Virus record (IMG/VR): IMGVR_UViG_3300044796_000650
Span: 1-44,323 of that record
Strand: one strand, 5' to 3'
Length of the DNA: 44,323 nucleotides
Origin: a virus
Lineage: Duplodnaviria; Caudoviricetes
Made by a program: the position numbers and the translations under genes. Positions 19,221-28,042 of the stretch are shown here, one piece after another. The notes under the pieces were generated by a model that saw only the letters and a list, made by a program, of their open reading frames with translations, had not been told where the DNA came from and ran no database searches. Numbering within the stretch: position 1 is the stretch's first letter; the number at the start of each line of letters is the position of its first letter.

Positions 19221-21953
19221 TCATTTGACCTTGCGAAGTTGGCTGCCGTGAAACGCTGCCCAGGATTCCGTCTCTCTTCCGTTGAAGTTCTCGTTTTGAA
19301 CAATTCCGTCAAAGCCCTTCATCACCGCTTGCTCCCGGATCGCGTTGCGCACCGGCATCAGAACTTGATGAATCTCCCCTTTTCCGAATTTGTCCGCCGG
19401 GACTTCTATTCCGCTTTTTCTTAGCGCTTCCAAAACCTCCGCTGGATTCACATCCGCGGTTCCCGAAAACTGGCGCAAATCCAGAGGCTTCTTAATGCTT
19501 GCGTAAACCGGAGTCGGCTTCGAGCTGTGCGCGAAGTTCTGCGCATAGGATTCATCTGGCGAAACGAAATTCCATCCATCCCGAAACTGTTCAAATTCGG
19601 AATCGCTACCATGATAGACGACGCCTGTCAGCTTGCTGCCTTTCTGCCACTGTTGGTGTTCTCGGGATAGCTTTTGCTTCGGATGTAAGGCGCGCAGCTC
19701 TCTCGCCGCAGGAGTGTCTTCCGAGTCGAGTTCGTATCTTTTCCACAACGGAGAAGACCGTCCCTGTTGCGCCAGTTGCGAAATTTCCGAATCGTCGAAG
19801 TCCCATTTTTCTCGAAACTCAGATTGCGATGCTGCGGAGATTGTGCCGGGCGTCGCGACTGCTTCACTTGTGTCCGTCCACTTGCCATCCGCATCCCGCG
19901 GCTTGCTCGCATGCTCATCTTCGAGCTTGGCATGATGCACGGCTTCAGGTTCCAGGGCCGCCTTCGCGAGTTCCTTGCTCGCGTCGCCGTGCGCAATCAT
20001 CGCGGCCTTGTGATCCTCGAACGTGCCGCTCTTGTTTGCCACCTTCGTAGCCGCGAGCGCCGCGCGCGACTTGCCTTTCGCTTCCTCGTTCCATGTCGGC
20101 TCCGGTTGCGCGGGAGGCGCGGGATGTCCCGCGTGTTTGGCGATCGTGTCGTGGATGAACTTGGGACTGCCGATGATCTTCGTGTCGCGTCCGCGCGTGT
20201 CCTTGCCCACGAGCATGTGCGAGCCGTGCTCTGGCTTCGGACTTTCACGAAGCTGGAATTTCGCGCCGCGGGCGTTGTGCTCTTTCAGCGTCGTGCGCAG
20301 GGCTTCGTGATCTTGGGAATCATCCCGGTGCGATACGATCTCCTGTGCGCTTCGATGGTCGCCATCCTTAATGAAGACGTGCTCGTGATTGATCGTCACC
20401 CAATGGCCGGCGGCGTCTGCATTCCCTGTGCGCAGTGCATCCTCGACGAGCTGCTGCAATCGCGAGAGCCGGGCCGTGTTCGCCGTGCGCGGTTCGTTCG
20501 CGGGCGGTTCATCCTGCGTGCCATTTGCAGCGCCTTTGACGACCGGCTGCAGCACGTCTTCCTCGTCCGCGTTCTCATCCACCATCGGCACGCCGAGACG
20601 GTCGGCGACGTTCGGGAGGTCCACGCGGCCGCCGCGGTCGGCGATGAAGCCCGCGCTGTCGCGGAGCTGCTGCGCGTCCTCGGTGTCCATGTCCGGCAGG
20701 CCGAACCAGGCGAGCGGCTCGACATCCTCGCCGAAGCAAAAGCGGATCACGGCGCGGTCGATGAACGTACGGCACGCGCTCGCGATGTTCTGGCAGTGCG
20801 CGATCTCCAGCGCCTCGGTCTCATTGATCTGCGCGGTGATGCCGTGCTCGTTGTCCTTGCTGGCGACATTCGCCTGCGCGCCGCCGCGGAACATCACGGT
20901 CATCTTCCCGTCCTGCCGGTCGAGGAAACGCTCGAAGACCTCCACGTTCGCCGTACCTTCCGGGCCGAGCAGCGAGATGGGCGGCTTGTCCGTGGCCTGG
21001 CACTCGTGGAGCGCGATGCCCATGTCGCCGTTGAAGTCCTGCACGATGCGCGTGAGCGCGCGGCCCGCGTCGCTGTCGGCGCGGGCATTCGTCATGCCGA
21101 TCACCTTCTGCTGGCCGTAGCGCTCGTTGTAGATCGTCCAGTCCTGGAAGGTGAGCCGCTTGAAAATGTAGCACCCCGCGGCGGCGAACATCGCGCCTTC
21201 GCCGCTCGTCACCATCCATTCGCCCTGCCAGTCGAGGTCCTCGCCGATTCCGCCGTAGCCGCCATGCCTCAGCAGGCGGAGCGTGCCCGAGGTATTCTCG
21301 AAAAACCACAGCGGGACGTATTCCATCTCCGCCGTCAGCGCGGGCACGGGTGCGCCGCCTTCGACCTCGATCATCTTGCCGGAGGGCTTCCACACGAAGT
21401 GATGCACCGCGTAGCGCGTGGCGTGGGCCATGCCCATCTGCTTGAGAAGCAGGTGCCGGTCGCCGCGGATGTTCTTGTCGAACGCATCCACCGCCGAGAC
21501 GTTGTCGTAGAAATACTGGAGCGCCGCCGCGTGCCGCGCGGCCTCGATGGGATCGGCGTCTTTGCGCTTCTGCACGCCCCACGGCTTGGCCGCGATGGCG
21601 TTCTGGAGCTGCGGCACGACGAAGCTCAGCGTGTCGTCGCGCCGGATCATCGCGTCCCAGAACAGCGCGCCCTGCCACAGGTAGCCGAGGTCGAAGTGGT
21701 CGTGCGCCGCCGCGAGGTTCTCCGGCGTGACCATGCGGAGCGGGTTGAACCGCATCCGCCGCGCCAGCTCGACCGTGGAGGCCGAGAACGCGGAGCCGGT
21801 CTGCGGGACGGGCAGGGCGTTCTGCGCGGCATTGGCCGTGGCGATCGGGCCGGTTAAAGGCCGGGGCTTCCCATTGCGGGGCGGCTGGAGGGCTTTCATC
21901 GCGGCTGCACTCCTTTCCCAATGCCACTGCATACGCGCGGAAAGGCTCTGCAT
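19221..21953 (-). CDS. Portal protein (Mu gp29/DUF935-like) with long C-terminal extension ending in an ADP-ribosyltransferase-like domain
   Basis: Follows terminase; DWTIYNERYG, F.ERFLDRQDGKM portal motifs; C-terminal VYHGS..F..F..PDESYAQNFA..VYASIKKPLD..GFDGIV..ETESWAAF..QLR; start uncertain (21992/21953/21899). Confidence 0.8.
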   Translation of the reverse strand: MQSLSARMQWHWERSAAAMKALQPPRNGKPRPLTGPIATANAAQNALPVPQTGSAFSASTVELARRMRFNPLRMVTPENLAAAHDHFDLGYLWQGALFWDAMIRRDDTLSFVVPQLQNAIAAKPWGVQKRKDADPIEAARHAAALQYFYDNVSAVDAFDKNIRGDRHLLLKQMGMAHATRYAVHHFVWKPSGKMIEVEGGAPVPALTAEMEYVPLWFFENTSGTLRLLRHGGYGGIGEDLDWQGEWMVTSGEGAMFAAAGCYIFKRLTFQDWTIYNERYGQQKVIGMTNARADSDAGRALTRIVQDFNGDMGIALHECQATDKPPISLLGPEGTANVEVFERFLDRQDGKMTVMFRGGAQANVASKDNEHGITAQINETEALEIAHCQNIASACRTFIDRAVIRFCFGEDVEPLAWFGLPDMDTEDAQQLRDSAGFIADRGGRVDLPNVADRLGVPMVDENADEEDVLQPVVKGAANGTQDEPPANEPRTANTARLSRLQQLVEDALRTGNADAAGHWVTINHEHVFIKDGDHRSAQEIVSHRDDSQDHEALRTTLKEHNARGAKFQLRESPKPEHGSHMLVGKDTRGRDTKIIGSPKFIHDTIAKHAGHPAPPAQPEPTWNEEAKGKSRAALAATKVANKSGTFEDHKAAMIAHGDASKELAKAALEPEAVHHAKLEDEHASKPRDADGKWTDTSEAVATPGTISAASQSEFREKWDFDDSEISQLAQQGRSSPLWKRYELDSEDTPAARELRALHPKQKLSREHQQWQKGSKLTGVVYHGSDSEFEQFRDGWNFVSPDESYAQNFAHSSKPTPVYASIKKPLDLRQFSGTADVNPAEVLEALRKSGIEVPADKFGKGEIHQVLMPVRNAIREQAVMKGFDGIVQNENFNGRETESWAAFHGSQLRKVK

Positions 21954-22152
21954 ACCGCGCGGAGCCCCGGATCGCGGGGTCCGAGGGCGCAAAACGCGCT
22001 GGCGGGCGTTCTAGCGGGCGTTCTAGCGGGCTGGAAAACTCGGCCGGGGGCAACTGCAGCGCACTTGACCTTCACCTTGCGGTTACTGGCTGCTGATACA
22101 CCCCCGGCCTCTCGATGTGGTGTTCTGATTCCTGCGATGGAAAGTGGTGAGA

Positions 22153-23544
22153 TCACAGCATCCCTCCAAGGTTGCGGCTCATCCCGCCGCGCCCGGTGCG
22201 CTCATTGCCGCGGATGGCCACGCTGCTGCCGACTGCCGCCGCGCCGCCGGTCTTCGCCGCGTGGAGCGCCAGCGCCTTCGCCCAGAAGCGGTCGCAGTGC
22301 GAATCGCCGGTCTCGCCGACGAAGCGGATGTTCCCCGCCGCGGTCGTCTCCTTCTTGATCCCGCGCAGGTCGGCGCGCAGCGCATCGTCGCGGGTGTAGC
22401 GGATCGTCCGGTCCTCGTGCGCGCTGCGCAGCGGGTAGGCGATCTCTTCCTTCACCGGGCCGCTGAAGCGCACGGCTTCCACGCGATATTCGCCAAACTT
22501 TTTCTGCGCCCGCTCGGCGAGCTGCATGCCGAGGCCGGTGGCGTCAATGCACGCCCGTCGCATCTGCGGCAGCGCGAGCAGCCGGTAAAGCTCGAATTCC
22601 TGCTCCTCGAAGGTCTTCTTGCGCAGCTCCACGCGGTGCCGCTCCCACATCACGTCGCCGACCTTTTCCTCCACGTCGAAGACGGTGAGATGCTGCGTGC
22701 GCGCGATGTCCGCGCCAAGGTAGAGCGGGTTCGTGCAGCGGGCGAGGTAGTCGAAGTCCTTGAGCGCCGTGTTGTCTTCGCACGCCACGATCATGTCGTA
22801 GGTGATGAACGCCGCGGCTTCGTCCGCCGGGATGCAGCAATATTCCTGCAGCCACTGTTCGTGGTCAATGCACTCGCGCTCGATGCGCGCGAGGAAGTCC
22901 GCGCGCGATTCGGTGCGTCCGCTCGCCGCATTGATCTTTTCCACGAGCCCCTGCTCGACCGCCGTCGCCAGCGGGACCGAGTGCAGCGACCAGCCCATCG
23001 GGTTGCCGCGCTCGCGGATGTCCTTGATGATCGAGTTGAACAGCGAGCCCACGCCGCGGTGCGTGCTGATGATCGAGAACTGGCCGCCCCATTGCGTGGC
23101 CGGCTTGCCGATGGCGAACGCCTCGCGCTGGAACTCCATCTTGCGCAGCGCGAATTCGTCAATCTTCACATGGCCGGTCTTGCCCGCGAGCGCATCCGGG
23201 TTCGCCGAGACGACGTTGATCGTGCGTCCGTTGGCGAACTGGAGCACGTACGCCGTGAGATGCTTGTCGCTGTCCACGAGCACCTCGCCGAGGTCCTCCG
23301 CCGCGTAGTTCAGCACGCGCGCCCAGCGCTTGCAGTAGAGCAGGTATTGCTTGGCCTGGACTTCATCCCGCGACGAAACCCACACGTCGAGCCGGGCGTC
23401 GAGCGGCGCGACCTTGCGCACGCTGTCGTAGCTGTCCGCGTAGGAGAAGCCTTCCTGCCGTCCCTTCTCCACGATTTTGAGCGGCGATTCGTCGCGAATC
23501 CAAGCCGCCTGGAATGGCATGAAGTATTTTTCCTCGGCGTTCAC
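22153..23544 (-). CDS. Terminase large subunit (Mu gp28-like)
   Basis: GTG 23544; PFQAAWIRD, EKGRQEGFS (Walker A-like), IDEFA (Walker B), ISTHRG, LGADIAR, IDATGLG, HCDRFWA. Confidence 0.93.
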   Translation of the reverse strand: MNAEEKYFMPFQAAWIRDESPLKIVEKGRQEGFSYADSYDSVRKVAPLDARLDVWVSSRDEVQAKQYLLYCKRWARVLNYAAEDLGEVLVDSDKHLTAYVLQFANGRTINVVSANPDALAGKTGHVKIDEFALRKMEFQREAFAIGKPATQWGGQFSIISTHRGVGSLFNSIIKDIRERGNPMGWSLHSVPLATAVEQGLVEKINAASGRTESRADFLARIERECIDHEQWLQEYCCIPADEAAAFITYDMIVACEDNTALKDFDYLARCTNPLYLGADIARTQHLTVFDVEEKVGDVMWERHRVELRKKTFEEQEFELYRLLALPQMRRACIDATGLGMQLAERAQKKFGEYRVEAVRFSGPVKEEIAYPLRSAHEDRTIRYTRDDALRADLRGIKKETTAAGNIRFVGETGDSHCDRFWAKALALHAAKTGGAAAVGSSVAIRGNERTGRGGMSRNLGGML

Positions 23545-24215
23545 AGGAGATTGAGTTCCCTCTCGATGCGCTTGAGCGTTTCCGGCGTGATGCCGCCCTT
23601 GGAGGACCTCGCTTCCTTCAGCGCCGCCTGCGCGCGGTCGTAGGCTGCGGCTTTCTTTTCCAGGAGCACCACGCGGCGCTCGTCGAGATTCTGATCCTTT
23701 TCCTTCAGCCGCGCCTTCGTCTTGCCGATCTGTTCGGTGAGATCCAGCGAGCGCCGCGAGTCCGCGATCTGCGCCGCGGCCTGGATTAGCTTCGGCTGCT
23801 GCGCCGAAAGGCCGAGCCGCATGAGCAGCGTCTCGCCGGCCTCGCGGGCCAGCTTCGCATTGCCCGTCTTCGCGAGAATCTGCGCCTCGCGCTCGAAGCT
23901 GATCTCCAAATCCTGCTCCAAGGCAAACCACTGCAAGAACGCATAGAGCGTGGACTGCCCGACGGCCAGCTCGGGCCGCGAGGCGACGCGGGCGTGCTCC
24001 CTGAGTTGCAGCAGCGCGAAGGGAATGCCTCCCGTGCCCGGCACCGGCTCGGAGCCCACCTTGTCCGGCGGATGGTTGCTCCACTCCACGATCAGCTCCT
24101 GCGCGGGCCGCGAAAGATTCTTCAGCACTGCCTCGGGGCGCACTTTGCGTCCGGTTCGGCGCAGCGCCACCGCGGGCATCCAGAAGGCGGAGGTGTTTGG
24201 GGTTGGATCGCTCAT
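23541..24215 (-). CDS. Terminase small subunit (Mu gp27-like)
   Basis: Directly upstream of terL; helical; ends GGITPETLKRIERELNLL. Confidence 0.7.
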   Translation of the reverse strand: MSDPTPNTSAFWMPAVALRRTGRKVRPEAVLKNLSRPAQELIVEWSNHPPDKVGSEPVPGTGGIPFALLQLREHARVASRPELAVGQSTLYAFLQWFALEQDLEISFEREAQILAKTGNAKLAREAGETLLMRLGLSAQQPKLIQAAAQIADSRRSLDLTEQIGKTKARLKEKDQNLDERRVVLLEKKAAAYDRAQAALKEARSSKGGITPETLKRIERELNLL

Positions 24216-24414
24216 TCATGCGTGCCTCCGAATGGCGGCAATCCGCCGCGTGACGGGTGAAGAAGTGCGGGGTTCCGGGGTGCGCGCGCGGACCGGGCCG
24301 CGATCAACGGCTGGCGGTCGAAGCAGCGCGCGCGGTCGCACATGCCCCGGATTCGCTGTGTGCAGCAGGCTTGCAGCCCCGCGCTGCGTGGCCCTGACGG
24401 GTGAGTCAGTAAGA

Positions 24415-24687
24415 TCATCGCACGCCCTCCTTCTTCAGACCGGCGAAAGTCAGCGCCCAGGCATCGCTGTCCGCAACGTCGTCATAGCTGCGCGCGATGT
24501 AGTCGCGGCTTTCGTTCCAAAGCGTCGCCGCCTTGAATTCGTCCACCTTCAGCTCCTCGCGGCTGAGCCGTCGCACGCCCTCGAAGAGCACGCGCTCGGG
24601 CATCGGCGCTCGGCTGCCATCCTCGTTGCGCCGGGCCAGCGCGAGCACCTGGCGGATGTATTCGCGGATGTGGGCGGGTTCGTTCAT
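24415..24687 (-). CDS. Mu gp26-like winged-helix protein
   Basis: 90 aa, IRQVLAL...WALTFAG pattern; synteny before terS. Confidence 0.55.
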   Translation of the reverse strand: MNEPAHIREYIRQVLALARRNEDGSRAPMPERVLFEGVRRLSREELKVDEFKAATLWNESRDYIARSYDDVADSDAWALTFAGLKKEGVR

Positions 24688-25514
24688 CGTTTGGTTCCCT
24701 GGCCGATCTGGCCGGTCTGCTGGAGGAGTGTGATCACGCGCGACGGCAGATCGCCGATGTCGCCGCGCACCTCCGACAGCTTGGATTCAAATTCCGCCCG
24801 CAGCGTGTTGCCGACAGCCTCGATGCGGTCGTGCGTCTTCCCATCTCCCTCGCCGATTTTTTGAGTGAGCGATTGCGTCGTGTCGGTGAGGTGCTGGTGC
24901 AGCAGGCCGATGGATGAGCTGCGCTTGCCGTCGAGGGCGCGGAAATTCTCCTCCTGCTTGCCGGCGAGCCGCTGCTCGACCTCGTGCAGATCCTCCGCGG
25001 TGACATAGCCGGTGAGCCGCTCCTCCAGTTCGCGGTGCTCCACGCAGCGGCGCACGCCCTCGACCATGATGGGCTGGTCCGCGATGTGCGTCTCGTGCTT
25101 CGCGCCGAGCGCGCCGGTCACGATGGCCGCGGCTTTCTTCGCCACGTTGTCCTCCAGCTTTCCGACCTTCAGGTAAAAGGCGACCGCGAAAAAGATGCCG
25201 ACCGCGATCATGCCGACCTCGGCAAAGGAGAGATTCGGCACCGGCAGTTCCCCCAGCAGTGCGGTGAAGGACGGCGCGGTGCTCGCGAGCATCCAGCCGC
25301 GGGCGTACGGCGGTGCGAGAGGCAGCAGCATCGGGCGCGGCGCGGGCGGCTCGGCGGCTTCGCGCGGCTCGGGCGGCGTGATGCGGAACGGGAGGGCGCA
25401 CGGCTGCGGCCCCATGTCCGCGACACCCATCGCGTCCGCCGCAGCCGTGGCTTTTCCCATTCCGACAATGCAAAGGAGGATCACCACTGCGGCGGTGCGT
25501 TTCAGGGGATTCAT
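24684..25514 (-). CDS. Membrane-anchored coiled-coil protein (Mu gp25-like position)
   Basis: ATG 25514 overlaps endolysin stop; TM segment VGMIAVGIFFAVAFYL followed by coiled coil; start uncertain. Confidence 0.55.
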   Translation of the reverse strand: MNPLKRTAAVVILLCIVGMGKATAAADAMGVADMGPQPCALPFRITPPEPREAAEPPAPRPMLLPLAPPYARGWMLASTAPSFTALLGELPVPNLSFAEVGMIAVGIFFAVAFYLKVGKLEDNVAKKAAAIVTGALGAKHETHIADQPIMVEGVRRCVEHRELEERLTGYVTAEDLHEVEQRLAGKQEENFRALDGKRSSSIGLLHQHLTDTTQSLTQKIGEGDGKTHDRIEAVGNTLRAEFESKLSEVRGDIGDLPSRVITLLQQTGQIGQGTKR

Positions 25515-26113
25515 GCCGCGAGCAGCCGCCTCCATTCGGCGATGGCGTCCGCGCGCATGGCGGCGAGCGTCCATCCCTTGTTCACCGGCCCGGCCCATCG
25601 CGTGTCCACGCGGCAGAGCCGGAAATAGTATTCGAGCTGGAAATTGCGATCCGCCTTCGTGAGCCGCTGGAACGTCTCCGGGTCGAACGCGCCGAAGCGC
25701 CGCGCGCATTCGCGCAGCGTCGTGCCGCCGTGCTCCAGATCGAGCGAATCGAAGCTCGCCTGGAACGCGCCCGCCTCGGCGCACTGCGGCAGCTCCATGC
25801 TGCGCGGGTTCAGCGCGTCCGGCCCGGTGCCCCAGCGCCAGTTGCTCTCGAAGCCCGCGTGGACGCGCGCGTGCTCCAGCATCGCGGCCTTGCGGTGGTT
25901 CAGCCATTCGCAGCTGCCCGGCCCGCCCTCCCACGGGCCGAAGAACTTCACGAGCTTGCCGAGCAGGTCGTGCGGCTCGCCGTTGAGCGCAAAAATTTCC
26001 TCCGGCGCGGTGCGCGCCCAGTCGAGCATCGCGCCGAGGAAGGAGTCCGGCGCGCGCTCGCCGCACGGATCGGGCACCAGGGCCTTGGTCGCTTTGAAGA
26101 GGAAGCCGGGCAT
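25511..26113 (-). CDS. Putative endolysin, lysozyme/lytic transglycosylase-like fold
   Basis: AGFESNW (catalytic Glu-Ser) and EAGAFQ (GxxQ) motifs; follows holin-like gene. Confidence 0.6.
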   Translation of the reverse strand: MPGFLFKATKALVPDPCGERAPDSFLGAMLDWARTAPEEIFALNGEPHDLLGKLVKFFGPWEGGPGSCEWLNHRKAAMLEHARVHAGFESNWRWGTGPDALNPRSMELPQCAEAGAFQASFDSLDLEHGGTTLRECARRFGAFDPETFQRLTKADRNFQLEYYFRLCRVDTRWAGPVNKGWTLAAMRADAIAEWRRLLAA

Positions 26114-26134
26114 GGAATGGCGGGGCTGAAGGGG

Positions 26135-26797
26135 CTACTTCGCGGGCGTTGCGGAGGCGGTTCCGAGGGACTGCACGGCGTCCACGACGGCGGCGATCGC
26201 GGTGGCCTTGCTCGGCGTGGTGACAAGCGGCGCGATGGCGGCGACGGTCTGCGGCATCGCGTTGCCCGTGGCAGCGTTCAGGACGCCCTCGACATTGCCC
26301 ACGGTGACGAGCGACTTCAGCCCCGCCGAGAGCGCGGGCACGAAGTCCGATGCGCCGCCGGTGAGTTCGCCGATGACGAGGTTTTCCACGACGGGCAGCG
26401 CGTCACTGCCGATCACCTTGGCCGCGGCGGTGAGGTCCGCCTTCGCGGCCGTCTTCTGCGCGGCCGTGCAGCCGGAGAGCAGCAGCGCGACCGCGACGCA
26501 GCCGACGCCGAGCGCGGATTCGAGGAACTTCAGGATCGCCGCGCCGCCGAAGTGCAGCGGGCCGGTGCTCTTCACGCGGCCCCAGACGATGCCGGCGAAG
26601 CCGAAGGCGCTCGTCAGGATTTGCAGCCACTGCTGCGCGGTCGCATCGCTGAAGGAAATCCCGCACGCGCCGAGAATCTGCGGCAGCGCGAGGAGGATCG
26701 CGGAGAGGACTGTCTTGCTGCGCAGGAAAAACTTCGCCTCTGCGGAGTCGGGTTGCGCGGGAGTGGGGTTGACATTGGGTGCGGGATCGTTTGCCAT
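26135..26797 (-). CDS. Holin-like protein with internal lipobox-bearing C-terminal domain
   Basis: SKTV + two TMs ending GIVWGRVK; then VAVALLLSG-C; first gene of late arm. Confidence 0.6.
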   Translation of the reverse strand: MANDPAPNVNPTPAQPDSAEAKFFLRSKTVLSAILLALPQILGACGISFSDATAQQWLQILTSAFGFAGIVWGRVKSTGPLHFGGAAILKFLESALGVGCVAVALLLSGCTAAQKTAAKADLTAAAKVIGSDALPVVENLVIGELTGGASDFVPALSAGLKSLVTVGNVEGVLNAATGNAMPQTVAAIAPLVTTPSKATAIAAVVDAVQSLGTASATPAK

Positions 26798-26890
26798 GCG
26801 CGAGTTCTCGCATGGCTCCCGGCGGCGCGCAGAATCTGGGCGCGGTGAGCGGACTTAGCGGCGCAAAAACGGGCGGCGCGGCCCGGCAAA

Positions 26891-27178
26891 TCAGTCCGCC
26901 TCGGGCATTGGAGGGTGAAGTTGCGCCAGCACCATCACCACCGCGAGCAGTCTTGGACCGAGCTGCAGCTCGTCGTCTATCTGCTTGATTTCCCGCGCGC
27001 GCTTGCGACCCTTCGGCGTCCACCTGAATCCATACGCCTCACCATGAATGCCACCGACCTCGATCCATCCGGCCTCGGCCAACTTCGGCAGGACGACGCG
27101 GAGGGCTTGCTCGAACTCGGCGGGAAACTGTGGCATGAGATCCTGGAAAGGGATGACGTGCCCGCCGCCGCGATTCAA
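26891..27178 (-). CDS. Hypothetical protein (winged-helix-like; ATG 27136 alternative start)
   Basis: KLAEAGWIE...WTPKGR pattern; co-oriented with repressor. Confidence 0.5.
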   Translation of the reverse strand: MNRGGGHVIPFQDLMPQFPAEFEQALRVVLPKLAEAGWIEVGGIHGEAYGFRWTPKGRKRAREIKQIDDELQLGPRLLAVVMVLAQLHPPMPEAD

Positions 27179-27208
27179 CCCATCATCGCGCAGCCGGCCT
27201 AGCCCGCT

Positions 27209-28042
27209 TCAGCGCCGCGCTGGCGAGGGCGCGCCGTATTTGCGCGCGATGTCGGCATTCTCCCGCTGCCGCTGTTCCGCCGCGCGCTGCGCGATCTGCG
27301 CGGGATCAGGCGCCGGGGCAGGTGTGGGCGCGGGGAAGCTGGAAGCAAATGCGGGCGCGCCTTCGCACGTCTGCCCTGTCGCCGTGGCAATGATGCGCAC
27401 GGGCTGGCCATTTCGTTTCGTCTCGCCTGCCAAGAATACGATTCCCTCCGCCCTGAGACGCGGGACCTTGGATGCGGATCCAAGGGCGGTTCCGCGCCAT
27501 TCGAGCACCGGGCCGTATTCCTCCAGCACCCGGCGATCCCTCACGCGGATCGCCCATTCCGCCGCCCGCTGAATGTCTCCCGCGCCGGAGGTCGCAGTGA
27601 CCAAGCCCGGCGACAAGCCCGAAGTCGCGGGCGGATCGGCCTCGCAGCGCACGAGCGCGCCGTCGCGGAATGATTTCAGGATGTGGCCTTGCACGAGTTG
27701 CCGCTCGCCGGACGCGGGTCGGAGGGGAATGAAAATCGGGCGTTCCGCTTTCGGAACGGGCGTGGCGGCGGGTTCCGGTGCGGGGATGCTCTTCTCCTCT
27801 GCGTGACCAAACAGCGGTCGTTGCGGCAGCCCGAGTCTTTCACGCTCTGAGCGATCTTCCATCACCTCATAGGCAAACATCATGCCTCCCCACAATACCG
27901 CCCATGCCACCATCACGGCCCGGCCGCGGAAAAGCCAGCGGGCGAGCAATACGGAGAGGATTCCTGTCACGACGATCGCCGCGAAGGAATTGATCTCTCC
28001 ATCGTGGATGATGGTGACGGCTGCCAGCAGTAGTGATTTCAT
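27209..28042 (-). CDS. Membrane protein in repressor operon
   Basis: Two N-terminal TM segments; ATG overlaps repressor stop. Confidence 0.7.
   Translation of the reverse strand: MKSLLLAAVTIIHDGEINSFAAIVVTGILSVLLARWLFRGRAVMVAWAVLWGGMMFAYEVMEDRSERERLGLPQRPLFGHAEEKSIPAPEPAATPVPKAERPIFIPLRPASGERQLVQGHILKSFRDGALVRCEADPPATSGLSPGLVTATSGAGDIQRAAEWAIRVRDRRVLEEYGPVLEWRGTALGSASKVPRLRAEGIVFLAGETKRNGQPVRIIATATGQTCEGAPAFASSFPAPTPAPAPDPAQIAQRAAEQRQRENADIARKYGAPSPARR

Noticed and set aside
22002-22031. 12-bp tandem repeat GCGGGCGTTCTA upstream of the portal
   Set aside because: Only 2.5 copies; likely slippage; no function supportable
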